Below are positions 1 to 9,736 of a stretch of 64,000 nucleotides of DNA, piece after piece; positions within the stretch are counted from its first letter, which is position 1, and every line of letters starts with the position of its first letter. Both the position numbers and the translations under genes were made by a program. The stretch lies in the IMG/VR virus record IMGVR_UViG_3300009130_000015; one strand, 5' to 3'. Under the pieces are notes generated by a model. That model made no database searches. It was not told where the DNA came from and worked only from the letters and a program-made list of their open reading frames with translations. This DNA is from a virus.

Positions 1-397
1 GTGTTTCAGTAGCAGTAGTAGTTCCTTCAGTAACAGTTTCATTTACTGTTTCAGTAGTAGTTTCATCTACTTTTTGAACTAACTTGAAGTACTGAACTCC
101 GTCAACTTCTTGAACACTTGCAACATCGATGTCCCATTCTGTTCCTTCTCCTAAAGCCGAGTTAAGAACTTTGTGTCCAAACGTGTTTTGCTTACTTAAT
201 TTCTTACCACCTTCAGCTACTGCTGCAATCCAGAAAGTCTTAGTTGTAACCTCCCTGTCTAAGAATACTGACTTTTCTTCAGTTAAACCGATAGTTTCGA
301 TTGCTTTTGCACTTAATTTGATTTTTGATGCAGATAACGTTTTTACGTCAAAGTTTTCTATATTCTTCTGTCCTGCTAATCCTTGAAAATTAAACAT
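1..397 (-). CDS. Hypothetical protein with acidic Thr/Glu-rich tail, truncated by the window edge
   Basis: Hand translation from the ATG at 397 gives MFNFQGLAGQKNIENFDVKTLSASKIKLS... with no stop before position 1. Co-directional with the replication module. Not in the supplied ORF track. Confidence 0.75.
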   Translation of the reverse strand, partial: MFNFQGLAGQKNIENFDVKTLSASKIKLSAKAIETIGLTEEKSVFLDREVTTKTFWIAAVAEGGKKLSKQNTFGHKVLNSALGEGTEWDIDVASVQEVDGVQYFKLVQKVDETTTETVNETVTEGTTTATET

Positions 398-433
398 AAT
401 ATTCTATTTTGTAAAGTTAATGATTTTGGGTGT

Positions 434-1162
434 TTATTTATAAACTTTATCCCAGTTGTAAGTGATATTTCCTTCTTTATCAGACTCGGCAATCACAATC
501 TCCTGCCCTCTTAAATGTGCTGGTCTTGCACCACAAATGACACCTTCACTACTGTTGAAGTTAAGGATTGTTTTATTGTCCTTTCTGTAACAGTACGCGA
601 TAGCATCGGCTCTTGCACAAGTCAATGGTGAAATCTTTCCAGTAAGATCTAACTCTTTAGAAGATACTTCTTCACCTTTCTTGTCAATCATCTTATCGGA
701 TAAATGTCCTAAAAGAATGATGTTTGGAGCCCATGTTCTGATGTAATCTAATACCTCAAAGAATGCCTGTCTCATGTACAAGTATCCTGACCCTTTTGGT
801 AAGGTTCTTACGTCAGTTCCTTTCCAGTTAACTCCCATTGGAGCTGCTCTGTATAATGCTGCGGCTCTTGGCATGATAAGTTCTTCCAATTTACTCACAG
901 TATCAACAATAACACCCTCGTAAGGTCTGTCCTTGGCTATGATAGCTTGACCAATCTCGCTAATATCAACAAGGTTCTTAGCCTCCATTGTAGTAGCTGA
1001 TGTAAAGTCTGCACCACCATCTTCAAGTTCTAATAACAACCACTTACCGTTCAAAGTAAGGTCTGCTGTTATTGTAGTTTTCCCACATTTGGGTTTACCG
1101 AAGATTACTAACTCCTTCGGGTTGTCTCTTTTAGCGTCTCGTGGACCAGTTGGTAATTCCAT
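434..1162 (-). CDS. AAA-family P-loop ATPase (AAA_24/Sak4-like) of the crAss-type replication module
   Basis: Walker A IFGKPKCGKTT, Walker B-like GVIVDTVS, and an IILLGH strand. Confidence 0.8.
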   Translation of the reverse strand: MELPTGPRDAKRDNPKELVIFGKPKCGKTTITADLTLNGKWLLLELEDGGADFTSATTMEAKNLVDISEIGQAIIAKDRPYEGVIVDTVSKLEELIMPRAAALYRAAPMGVNWKGTDVRTLPKGSGYLYMRQAFFEVLDYIRTWAPNIILLGHLSDKMIDKKGEEVSSKELDLTGKISPLTCARADAIAYCYRKDNKTILNFNSSEGVICGARPAHLRGQEIVIAESDKEGNITYNWDKVYK

Positions 1163-1163
1163 A

Positions 1164-2321
1164 CTACATGTTTAATGATTGCTGGGGAACAAATGTGCAT
1201 TCTCCAGACTCTAAGTGTTGTTCATGGAGATCTTTAAATATCTCAATATCCATTTCCTCGAAATCAAATCTGTGCAACCTATTCCACATGGGAATGGTTA
1301 TGTCAGGTTCTCCTGATCTATTTTTTACGAGTTCGAAATAAGGTATTTGATACTTTTTATCTCCAATGTGCATCACCGTTGGATACTTAGAAACACCATA
1401 ATCTTTGATGCCCAACTTTGCTGGAATGTGAGAGAATACTATATAATCACAACATTGCTCAATAGAAGATGCACCAAATAGACACGATGTATCTGGCCTA
1501 TGCATCTCCTTATTTGCTATTCTATCAACCTTCCTGATCTCTCTATTCATTTGAGAGAGAACAATACCTACTGAATGACCACCATTTGAAGAGATGTATT
1601 TTTTAACATCTACCAAACGATACATCAAATCATCAATACGTTCTTTTTCATTTTGACCGTTAGCTCCTTTGGTCAATAAAGCATGGTCAATTTCGTACAC
1701 CAATGTTTTACCATGTGGTTGACACTCCGTCTTCCAATAATAAACCAATGAGTTTGCAATAGTTTCTGCTGTATCCGCTGTTTCTATGAAAAAGATGTCT
1801 CTATTCCTTAGTTCATTGTAATACCTCTTCAATTGTTCAAACTCACTATCCGTTAGACTTTCATCTATGGAATATAGTTTATTAAGTGCTTTATTGGACT
1901 TAGTAACTACTGATCTACCAATCTGCTGATGTGCTAACATCTCAAAGTTGAATACATATTGTCTATTCTTGATCTCTTTGTTGAGGTCATATATAGAATC
2001 ACGTAAACATTTAGAAATGGTAGATTTACCAGCACCTGATAATGCAGAGATACAAGTAATAGTATCCAACTCGATTCCACCCATTAACTTCTTATTAAGC
2101 CTGGGAAACTTTGTCGCCAACGATTTGATTAGTCCTTTTCTTCTGTCATCGACATATTTAAGGTTTTTATCTACCACATCATTCGATGAGAACTTCGGTA
2201 GGATTTTTACTTTCTTCTTCGGAGAGCTACCCTGGCTACTAAAGGCCGACTTTCTTGCAGCCGGTTTAGTTTTCTTTGGTGGTTCTCCTCCGAACGCTGG
2301 ATTATCCGAGTGTGGATTCAT
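1164..2321 (-). CDS. DnaB-like replicative helicase
   Basis: Walker A ALSGAGKST, FNFEM, EIDHALL, VLSQMNR and ELVKNRSG motifs typical of DnaB-family helicases. Confidence 0.85.
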   Translation of the reverse strand: MNPHSDNPAFGGEPPKKTKPAARKSAFSSQGSSPKKKVKILPKFSSNDVVDKNLKYVDDRRKGLIKSLATKFPRLNKKLMGGIELDTITCISALSGAGKSTISKCLRDSIYDLNKEIKNRQYVFNFEMLAHQQIGRSVVTKSNKALNKLYSIDESLTDSEFEQLKRYYNELRNRDIFFIETADTAETIANSLVYYWKTECQPHGKTLVYEIDHALLTKGANGQNEKERIDDLMYRLVDVKKYISSNGGHSVGIVLSQMNREIRKVDRIANKEMHRPDTSCLFGASSIEQCCDYIVFSHIPAKLGIKDYGVSKYPTVMHIGDKKYQIPYFELVKNRSGEPDITIPMWNRLHRFDFEEMDIEIFKDLHEQHLESGECTFVPQQSLNM

Positions 2322-2889
2322 TTACAGTTCTTTTTGATTCCGATCTCATCATCTTGATCGAGAGCCAATGCTTCGTTTTGATGTATTTTTCAACACCCAT
2401 TTTAATACAGTCATTATCGATAGCCCATTTTGTAAGTTCATACACTTCTTTGTGCATTTCCGGATTGTTATCAATGGCTTTGATATATGACTCTGCAACC
2501 TCTTCAGCACCTACAGTTACTGCGTTGTAACGTCTTCCCTCCATATAGAAAAAGCGTGGATACATATCCACAATTTCGGAGACCCAAGGTACGACTTTTA
2601 ACGAGAATAAATTCTGATAATTAGGATTTATTTCGAAATAATCGTAGAATACTTTACTACCAGGAGAGTTCAAATCAATGATGATATCTCTCTCCAGTAG
2701 ATCAGCTAATTCCTCATCTGAAAGAGGGCAAACATCTTGAAATTCAAGTGTCATTGCATAACTCTCTCTTCTCCAATCTTTCTCAAGCATGGACGGATTT
2801 TGGTACAACATTTTTACAAACATTAACTGCTTTGGTGTAAGCTTTAACTCCGCACACAATCTAAGATCGTCTTTTACTTTAAACAACAT
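2302..2889 (-). CDS. Hypothetical protein overlapping the helicase start, possibly replication-associated
   Basis: 195-aa ORF with normal composition, coupled to the DnaB-like gene. No recognised motif. Confidence 0.6.
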   Translation of the reverse strand: MLFKVKDDLRLCAELKLTPKQLMFVKMLYQNPSMLEKDWRRESYAMTLEFQDVCPLSDEELADLLERDIIIDLNSPGSKVFYDYFEINPNYQNLFSLKVVPWVSEIVDMYPRFFYMEGRRYNAVTVGAEEVAESYIKAIDNNPEMHKEVYELTKWAIDNDCIKMGVEKYIKTKHWLSIKMMRSESKRTVNESTLG

Positions 2890-2911
2890 TTAAAACAAGT
2901 TTTTGCACCTG

Positions 2912-2919
2912 CAAAGGTA
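2912..2919 (-). promoter_or_regulatory. Bacteroidota sigma-A -7 element (TACCTTTG)
   Basis: Minus strand reads TACCTTTGCA about 20 nt upstream of the ATG at 2889, matching TAnnTTTG. No clear -33 TTTG. Confidence 0.55.
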
Positions 2920-3001
2920 CGTTAATACTAAACATAATGATAGTACCCTGTTAAAATTGTTGAATTAATCTCTTTTAAGCTATCAACGCTGATAACTAAG
3001 T

Positions 3002-4534
3002 TTAATTGAGTCGTCTTTGCCCACGTTTGGTAAGTATGTCATTCAACATAACCTTTAAATCGGAAACATTGTTTACCCATATTACCTTCTCTGGATTTTT
3101 TACCTGACAAGCTCTAAGCTTTTTCTCATCTCGTGAATTAGGAACATTCCAATCTGGAATATATAAGTTCACATAGATTTTTGGTGCATTCCTACCATTA
3201 GGAAGCTTCATGATTCTTGCAACTCTACCAGTCCTTTGTGTATGTTGCGTAGGATTGGTAGAACGTGAACCATCTACTCCCAATTGTACGGTAGGATCGT
3301 CGAAACCTTGGTCTAACTTCTTAGCAGAACATAAAACAGATATTTCATTACGTTCGAACTGACTCATGTGCATGTCTGCAAGTGTATTTGAACCTACTTT
3401 TTTCAGTTTTTTCCATCTTATCGTCATAGCATCCAGGTCAATTTCGACATGACTCACTCCTTCTGTTTTCTCTAACTTTATCTTTCTACTTTGCAACCCT
3501 TTAACTGTCTTATATTCCTTACTTTGGTCAATAAGAATGTCTCTGGATTCCATAGATGAATGGTATAAAGCTGCTCTTTTCCCAAGTCTATTGGCGACTG
3601 CATCTGCAAACTCAGTTGCTTGTGAAAACGTGATAGTCTTGAGATTGAATTCTTCAATTAATTCAACAGCAATATCTATCTTACGCTCGGTAGTCTCTAA
3701 TAAGTTCTTTCTCTCACCGATAGCTTTGATAGCACGAGTAGCCCATTTAACTACTTCGTTTGTCTCATAACCATTAGCTTGAGCGTAGACTTTCGCATTC
3801 ACATTTTGCAAGCATGATAGCATTACATTAAAGTCACCAAATTTCGACATGAAATATCTAATTTCTTTGTTCAATGCTTTTTGTTTCTCTATCTCAGAAC
3901 GAGTTATTGGAACAGCAAGATTAAACTCTATAAAATCAGATATCCATCCTTTTTGGATAGCTTCAACTTGTGTGATAGTATCACATACAGGAGCATACTT
4001 CTTAAGTATAGCTTCTTTTCCATCTAATCTATCCATTGTAGCTGTCAGTCCTAATATCCAAGAATATCGGATACGATCGAATATTCTTGAAAACTTATCT
4101 GCAGCCATTAAATGAATCTCATCTATGACAAGTAAATCGCAATCTCTTCTAAAGTTTTCCCCGAGTGAAACCGTGTTTATTACATGAACTTCTGTGTTCT
4201 TGTTGAGTCCTAAAGAGGACATGGTTTTTTCCCATTGTTTTTTCAGAGGTGTAGTTGGTACTACAACGATCATTCTACCATCATATTTGAGGTTCTTTTT
4301 CAACGTCTCCATTTTAGCTTTAAGTATTAGTGGGAGAGTTGATTTACCAAATCCAGTGGCCGCTTCAAGCGTACCTCTGGCTTTAGTAACTTGTTTCCAA
4401 CGAACAACACTTCGTAGTTGCCGGACATATCGTTCTGTGTCCAGTTTATCTACTGGAATGTTAATCATTGTTTTCATTTGTATTTGGATTGAAGTGTTTG
4501 TTACCCTTGTGATAAGGGTGAGTTCTGTATTCAT
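3002..4534 (-). CDS. Superfamily II DEAD/DEAH-like helicase
   Basis: Motifs AATGFGKS (I), VVVPT (Ia), VIDEIH (II), GLTAT (III), KLDQGFD (V) and QRTGRVAR (VI). The true start may be the internal MKTMINIP. Confidence 0.9.
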   Translation of the reverse strand: MNTELTLITRVTNTSIQIQMKTMINIPVDKLDTERYVRQLRSVVRWKQVTKARGTLEAATGFGKSTLPLILKAKMETLKKNLKYDGRMIVVVPTTPLKKQWEKTMSSLGLNKNTEVHVINTVSLGENFRRDCDLLVIDEIHLMAADKFSRIFDRIRYSWILGLTATMDRLDGKEAILKKYAPVCDTITQVEAIQKGWISDFIEFNLAVPITRSEIEKQKALNKEIRYFMSKFGDFNVMLSCLQNVNAKVYAQANGYETNEVVKWATRAIKAIGERKNLLETTERKIDIAVELIEEFNLKTITFSQATEFADAVANRLGKRAALYHSSMESRDILIDQSKEYKTVKGLQSRKIKLEKTEGVSHVEIDLDAMTIRWKKLKKVGSNTLADMHMSQFERNEISVLCSAKKLDQGFDDPTVQLGVDGSRSTNPTQHTQRTGRVARIMKLPNGRNAPKIYVNLYIPDWNVPNSRDEKKLRACQVKNPEKVIWVNNVSDLKVMLNDILTKRGQRRLN

Positions 4535-4775
4535 CAGGTAATTTAAGACACGATAGTAGTATTTTTTGCATATCCGGTGGTAATTTTAGAAAATCTTTCG
4601 CTGAAATATCTTCAGGTGATTCTTCATTTGATTGCCACCATAGGATTAATGCATCGAGAGCTTCGCTAACTATATCGTAATCTTCAAAGGAAATGCTACC
4701 AAAATCAGTATGTCTCTCTATCAGTTTTTTCTTCATCATCTGATACTCTCTCACATATCTCATCTTCATAATCAT
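4461..4775 (-). CDS. Hypothetical protein
   Basis: 104-aa ORF in the operon, coupled to its neighbours. Confidence 0.55.
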   Translation of the reverse strand: MIMKMRYVREYQMMKKKLIERHTDFGSISFEDYDIVSEALDALILWWQSNEESPEDISAKDFLKLPPDMQKILLSCLKLPDEYRTHPYHKGNKHFNPNTNENND

Positions 4776-4939
4776 ACCTTTTGTAGTTTACCATCAAAAT
4801 ATTCAACAACGTATTTAGCAAACGATGTTAGAACTGGTTTTTCAAAGAACTCAAATTGTTTAAGTTCTTTCTTCACAGCTTCTTCATAAAGCTCTTTAAA
4901 CTTTTTGAAGTTAGCCATACTAAGATTCATATAGTCCAT
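4772..4939 (-). CDS. Small hypothetical protein (55 aa)
   Basis: Hand translation MDYMNLSMANFKKFKELYEEAVKKELKQFEFFEKPVLTSFAKYVVEYFDGKLQKV. Fills the gap between PolB and the next gene, and its stop overlaps the next ATG. Confidence 0.65.
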   Translation of the reverse strand: MDYMNLSMANFKKFKELYEEAVKKELKQFEFFEKPVLTSFAKYVVEYFDGKLQKV

Positions 4940-4949
4940 AGTGGAAAAA

Positions 4950-6791
4950 TTAGAACAATGATAGTTGCCGAGGCTCTATCAAGTCGATTAATTTTCTTGC
5001 TTCACGTATGTAATAGTTATAATTGATCTCGTAATCTTTTATCTTCAACTTCTTATAATCATTGAAAATAGTTACTCCGGAGTCTTTCATAACATGTTTC
5101 TTCTGAAGAGTTTGCTTGTCTACCTTAAATAGGTAACCTGCTGATAGATTGTTACTTGCGTAAAATCTGTTAGTCTTCTGAAGATTCTCACCATTACATA
5201 CTGCTTGGAATTTGGAACTCATCTTTTGCATCATACAAAAATCATATATGTTATCATGATTTTTTATATACTCCTCTACAGGTGTTCCATTGATAAAGTA
5301 TTCAGTTAATGCTTTTTTCACTACAGGTTTATCAAAACCTTTACCAAGTTTTACATCAGATAAGAAGAATCCTTTCTGTTTCATGACTGCATTTCCATCT
5401 TTGTCACGTAAAGGTTTCCCATCTTCATCTGCGTACCAGGCTATGTAAGAATTCACATCTCTCCTGATTACTTTGTAGTAATAAGCGTATTCCAACTCCA
5501 ATTCTGTGTGCTTTTCCCATGCTTTACAGATTTCATAATACTTTGGAAGGTCTTTTTTCTTCAATATTGTGGTGATACCATCTGTATTCAGAGAATCTAC
5601 TTTCATCTCTGCGTCAGTTAGTTGTTCACTTAACATTGAGAGCATAAGCTGTCCATTTAGGGTTATAGTCATTGCAGCCTGGGGATCATACAACCAAGAA
5701 TATTGGTTTATCAGATTTCCATAGGTTCCATTTAATGATAACTTGTAAGTATCAGCAATCAGCATGTTCTTTTCTTTCTTGGCTTTAACTCTCGTATCAC
5801 GAAGCCATTGGTATCTTGGTACAAATATTCCAGCATCTAAGTGTGCTGGACACGCTCCCAATTTAATAAGCAACGAAGGGTATAGTGATGATACATCAGC
5901 ATCGATGTAAATCTCATCATCTCCTCCAGCCATTATAATACCTGCCTTATCTTTAGAATGTATACCACCAGTACCATAAACATGCTTAACACCTCCGTAA
6001 ACTACAGAGTGTTTTAGAGCACCTTTAGTTTCAGTAATACGTTTATTCTTCAGAGTTGTGAGTAGTTCGTTAAACTGCTTAGACTTGAATTGTACTTTGT
6101 CACTAATACAATCAGCCAATTTCATGAACGGACGATGTGTTCTTTGATCTTTGAAGAACTCAGAACCTGTATCATCAGCGTAGAACTTTTTAAACAATTC
6201 TACCCCAGTATTTACATCATCTTTAGATAGACATTTGATGCCGTATTCCTGCTCAATCTTTATTCTTAGATTAAGCTTGTCTTTTGATAGATTAGTGATG
6301 TATTTTGTAACACCAACATCGTTGAAACAGTAATGTTTTACTAATTCAACTTCGTCTTCTCTAACTGGTTCATCGAAAGGTTTTGGTAAGTCTTGAATCT
6401 TTGGGTAATTCACATTTACAGCCAGTTCTTTTAAACTGACACGTTGCATTTTAGAGAATAACATTGACATGATATCGATTGATTCATAGATTTTAGGATA
6501 CCTCCATGCTTTGTAATCATCGTATTCTCCGTGGATTGCTAAGTGTGACATCTTAAACAAATCCGCATTCTTTCTTGGCCATTCAATAATGTAGTTCATG
6601 ATGATATTATCATAACCATTGTTGTTATATCCAATAAGGATATTACCAGTTATGAAGTCAATCATTTTAGATCTATCATCTTGCCATGGTGATATCTCAA
6701 AGTAGTACTTATTATCATTACCGTACTCTTCGAAGCATGCACAAAAGAAATTGGGGAATACCTCAATATCGTAAATAAGTTGTTTTTTCAT
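4950..6791 (-). CDS. polB: Family B DNA polymerase (crAss type)
   Basis: Exonuclease motifs YDIE, GYNNNGYD and YCFNDV. Polymerase motifs DADVSSLYPS, YKLSLNGTYG and SLNTDGI. Start moved to MKKQLIYD. Confidence 0.93.
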   Translation of the reverse strand: MKKQLIYDIEVFPNFFCACFEEYGNDNKYYFEISPWQDDRSKMIDFITGNILIGYNNNGYDNIIMNYIIEWPRKNADLFKMSHLAIHGEYDDYKAWRYPKIYESIDIMSMLFSKMQRVSLKELAVNVNYPKIQDLPKPFDEPVREDEVELVKHYCFNDVGVTKYITNLSKDKLNLRIKIEQEYGIKCLSKDDVNTGVELFKKFYADDTGSEFFKDQRTHRPFMKLADCISDKVQFKSKQFNELLTTLKNKRITETKGALKHSVVYGGVKHVYGTGGIHSKDKAGIIMAGGDDEIYIDADVSSLYPSLLIKLGACPAHLDAGIFVPRYQWLRDTRVKAKKEKNMLIADTYKLSLNGTYGNLINQYSWLYDPQAAMTITLNGQLMLSMLSEQLTDAEMKVDSLNTDGITTILKKKDLPKYYEICKAWEKHTELELEYAYYYKVIRRDVNSYIAWYADEDGKPLRDKDGNAVMKQKGFFLSDVKLGKGFDKPVVKKALTEYFINGTPVEEYIKNHDNIYDFCMMQKMSSKFQAVCNGENLQKTNRFYASNNLSAGYLFKVDKQTLQKKHVMKDSGVTIFNDYKKLKIKDYEINYNYYIREARKLIDLIEPRQLSLF

Positions 6792-6800
6792 ACTTGAGAG

Positions 6801-6830
6801 AAAAAGGGTGTGCAAATATAGTGCACACCC
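6801..6830 (-). terminator. Intrinsic terminator whose loop contains a TATATTTG -7 element
   Basis: Minus strand reads GGGTGTGCA-CTATATT-TGCACACCC-TTTTT: a 9-bp perfect stem followed by a U-tract. Confidence 0.75.
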
Positions 6831-6839
6831 GATTAATAA

Positions 6840-7352
6840 TTAAGCTGTTTGACTTTTTCCAGCTACAAATTCTGGAATTTCTTCCTCTGTTTGGGTGATT
6901 AACTCAACTCTTTCTTCAGTTGCGTGCCCACCATTAAGAAACTGAGCCATAGTCATAGCTGTTGCTTTCTTTACAGGTTGTTCTTTGTAAGAACCAACAA
7001 CTAAGATTGTCTTATTTACCTTAGTACTGAAGAAATTAGTCATCGTTACTTCAAGGATTTCTCCTTTAGCTGGTAAATAATCAACATCTCTTACTGAGAA
7101 TGAAATGTTCTCATTTGCAGATTTATCGAATTGTCCTTGTTGGTAGAAGTTTTGTGACATTTTGTATTGATATACCGTCATTGCGGCCACATTTACAATA
7201 GCAACTTGTTTTCTACCGTTACCTAATTCCTTTTCATAAGGAGTAACTGAGGTAACTCTCATTTCATACTTTCCAGGACCTTCGATGATGTTCTGGAGTT
7301 TAGGTGCTAAAATAGCATCTGTTTGTTCTCTGGATAATTTGTTTTCTTCCAT
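6840..7352 (-). CDS. Hypothetical protein, possibly single-stranded DNA-binding
   Basis: Beta-rich 170 aa with an acidic tail (TEEEIPEF), next to PolB and followed by its own terminator. The SSB role is inferred from position only. Confidence 0.4.
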   Translation of the reverse strand: MEENKLSREQTDAILAPKLQNIIEGPGKYEMRVTSVTPYEKELGNGRKQVAIVNVAAMTVYQYKMSQNFYQQGQFDKSANENISFSVRDVDYLPAKGEILEVTMTNFFSTKVNKTILVVGSYKEQPVKKATAMTMAQFLNGGHATEERVELITQTEEEIPEFVAGKSQTA

Positions 7353-7404
7353 GATAAAATGTATTTGTTTGGTTTATAAATGTGATCAACCATCCCTGAT
7401 TTTT

Positions 7405-7719
7405 CTATAATTTACCTTCCATTTGGAGTTTATTGATTACTCCTCCTGTGATACTATCTACATCAGCAATGATTAAACCTATAGCAAACCCCAACTCTGG
7501 GGTAAGTTCCATATCTACGAACTCAGCAACATGTTGCATAAGTTCTGGTGTTCGATGTGTGAAGTTTATCTTCCCATCATCTATTTCGGCGAACTCCAAT
7601 AAGTCCTCCTCAATTTTTTCAGCGAGTACGCGGTAACAATTGTTCGCTTTCTCTCTTTCTAAGCCCAGGCCATCAAAGAGTGATTCGCCGGTTGGGTCAA
7701 GTATGAATAACTTAGCCAT
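7405..7719 (-). CDS. Hypothetical acidic protein
   Basis: 104-aa ORF coupled to the upstream gene. Confidence 0.6.
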   Translation of the reverse strand: MAKLFILDPTGESLFDGLGLEREKANNCYRVLAEKIEEDLLEFAEIDDGKINFTHRTPELMQHVAEFVDMELTPELGFAIGLIIADVDSITGGVINKLQMEGKL

Positions 7720-8371
7720 CCTTTATACCTTTTGTTATTGTTTTTTTAAATATTTCATTATGAGATTCATCATCAGAATATGATGTACAATTACCACCAT
7801 AAAATCTCACGAATTTGAAACCTTTTAAAAATTTTCTTGGAATTCTCATTTCTGTAATTTCTCTTTTTGATATTCCAGTAAAGTAATGGTACTCGCTTTC
7901 CGTAACCTTTCTTGTCTCTCTACCTAACATGTCATTATACATTACATTCTCATCGAATTCAATTTGTATTTGAATATCGTCCTTTGTAATATATCTCAAT
8001 ACCGCATTACTTCTACCTTTTGAGGGATTTTTAATACTTAAAGAAAATGGACTTGTATTATCTCTTCCTTTACAGTCGGACATTCCTATTTTATAAGGAT
8101 TTGTACCTTCTGGGAATTTTTTTAATACTTTACTTATTATTTCTATAAGTTCTTCTTTTTCTGGCTCTTGATATTTATTATTATGATACTCGTCTAAAAG
8201 GAAAAATACAATACGGGCGTTCGATATTCCAATTTTTCCAAAAGTGAATACTTTTAAAAATCTATTTGAAATTTCGTATGCTTTGCGCTTTAATTTTAAT
8301 GCTTCTAAATCTCTATCTAATTCTTCTTTTTTTTCAGCCTTTACTTCAGCTATTGTTTTTAGTTTTTCCAT
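7712..8371 (-). CDS. Hypothetical protein (219 aa)
   Basis: Start moved to MEKLKTIAEV, which is preceded by the leader TTCACTAAAATCACAATC. Confidence 0.7.
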   Translation of the reverse strand: MEKLKTIAEVKAEKKEELDRDLEALKLKRKAYEISNRFLKVFTFGKIGISNARIVFFLLDEYHNNKYQEPEKEELIEIISKVLKKFPEGTNPYKIGMSDCKGRDNTSPFSLSIKNPSKGRSNAVLRYITKDDIQIQIEFDENVMYNDMLGRETRKVTESEYHYFTGISKREITEMRIPRKFLKGFKFVRFYGGNCTSYSDDESHNEIFKKTITKGIKDG

Positions 8372-8738
8372 GATTGTGATTTTAGTGAATAAAAAATCCT
8401 CAATGTCCTCCAAGTGGCATAAAGTTAGGCAGCTCACGGGTACTATCCCGGAGCACTATCCGCTTTCACACTCCTCTTTACCTGATTTCAAAACCAACAC
8501 ACTTGGTTGTGTTACGGAGTGACTTAGTTTTTTTCTTTACTGGTTCACGCCAGTTGAACACTCTTAGTTTATTCGTCAGCATTGGGGATTTATATTTTAA
8601 ATAGTTGTAGTTCTTATTTATTAGTCAGTCACCCTTCTGTTCTATATGGGGACTTTTTGGAAGTATCTCAACCTGAACTTATTTCAACGCAAACAGCCCA
8701 TTGACCACTCTTGGAAGTTTTTGTATGGCTTTTCCATT

Positions 8739-9101
8739 TTAATAAGATTTGAATTCTTTAAGTTTTTGTTTTGTGTACTCTTCACCAGAATAGTAATCGT
8801 TTAACCTATCATATGGTAACCATAGCCCAGTTTCTTCATCGAAGTACTGCAGACCGACATAATAGCCGGCCGCAGACTTCATCACTAAAGGCTCACTAAT
8901 CCTTGTTTCTTCATCAATGACCACTACCCATTTGAATACGAAGAATATGAAGTAGAAAAATACTGGTACAAAACACCATGCATAAATCCAACCTTGGCTG
9001 AATACTTCAATATCATACTTAAACATTCCTCTGTAGAATATAATATACTCTTCAACATATTGGAATAAGATCTGTAATACTTCTAAAATAAACTGTTTCA
9101 T
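8739..9101 (-). CDS. Hypothetical membrane protein
   Basis: Start MKQFILEV overlaps the upstream stop (ATGA). Hydrophobic segment WIYAWCFVPVFFYFIFFVFKWVVVI, followed by a SAAGYYVG...PYDR segment. Confidence 0.6.
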   Translation of the reverse strand: MKQFILEVLQILFQYVEEYIIFYRGMFKYDIEVFSQGWIYAWCFVPVFFYFIFFVFKWVVVIDEETRISEPLVMKSAAGYYVGLQYFDEETGLWLPYDRLNDYYSGEEYTKQKLKEFKSY

Positions 9102-9253
9102 CTTCTTTTTCTTTTTCTTTTTGGTATATAATTGACTGTTAGTATAAAACACAAGAATGCTAAATGCATTGAGTTTTTTTCAAATGCAAGTCCTAACAAC
9201 AGTCCAGGCATTAATGTTAAACTTGATTCGAACATTTTCTTCTTCTTGTGCAT
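9098..9253 (-). CDS. Small hydrophobic/basic protein (51 aa)
   Basis: Hand translation MHKKKKMFESSLTLMPGLLLGLAFEKNSMHLAFLCFILTVNYIPKRKRKRR. Abuts both neighbours. Confidence 0.5.
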   Translation of the reverse strand: MHKKKKMFESSLTLMPGLLLGLAFEKNSMHLAFLCFILTVNYIPKRKRKRR

Positions 9254-9254
9254 A

Positions 9255-9572
9255 TCAGTCTTCTTTGTTAGTTTGTAATGTTTCTAAAGTTTCTTTGAAT
9301 TGTTTGTTTGACATCAATTCATCATACACTTTACTGATGTTAAAGTTTTTATCTGAAAAGTTGTCATATGCCAGTGTATACTGCCAATATATCTCATTTT
9401 TGATGAACTCATTTTGTTCTGTTTCATCGTCGATTTCCATGATGATAAACCATCTACTGTGCTTTTTATCAAAAGCGATTCTACTTAACATCTTTCTTTT
9501 AAGTAGAATACCGATGGAAATCATTGATACTACTGATAAGAGGAGTAATAATATTACTAACGGGTGCTTCAT
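9255..9572 (-). CDS. Hypothetical protein with N-terminal membrane anchor
   Basis: N-terminus MKHPLVILLLLLSVVSMISIGILL, with a TCACTAA motif in the leader. Confidence 0.65.
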   Translation of the reverse strand: MKHPLVILLLLLSVVSMISIGILLKRKMLSRIAFDKKHSRWFIIMEIDDETEQNEFIKNEIYWQYTLAYDNFSDKNFNISKVYDELMSNKQFKETLETLQTNKED

Positions 9573-9597
9573 TTCTTTGGATTTAGTGAGTTGGTGA

Positions 9598-9723
9598 TTA
9601 GTTTAATGCTTGTATTCTCATTTGAGGGTGAGCCTCTTTTACAATAGCTATTTCAGCTATGCAACGTGTCTGCACAGATAACCATTTGGTATCTCTCAGA
9701 GCATTGATTTCTTTTTCTTTCAT
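9598..9723 (-). CDS. Small hypothetical protein (41 aa)
   Basis: Hand translation MKEKEINALRDTKWLSVQTRCIAEIAIVKEAHPQMRIQALN. Confidence 0.45.
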   Translation of the reverse strand: MKEKEINALRDTKWLSVQTRCIAEIAIVKEAHPQMRIQALN

Positions 9724-9736
9724 GGTTGAATGTTTT

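Noticed and set aside
1-70. Short (GTA)n/TTTCAGTA repeats at the window start
   Set aside because: They are explained by the Thr/Glu-rich low-complexity tail of the minus-strand CDS.
129-386. Plus-strand 85-aa ORF and the many short antisense or alternate-frame ORFs inside long genes
   Set aside because: These are shadows of real genes on the opposite strand or in another frame, with no motifs or leaders.
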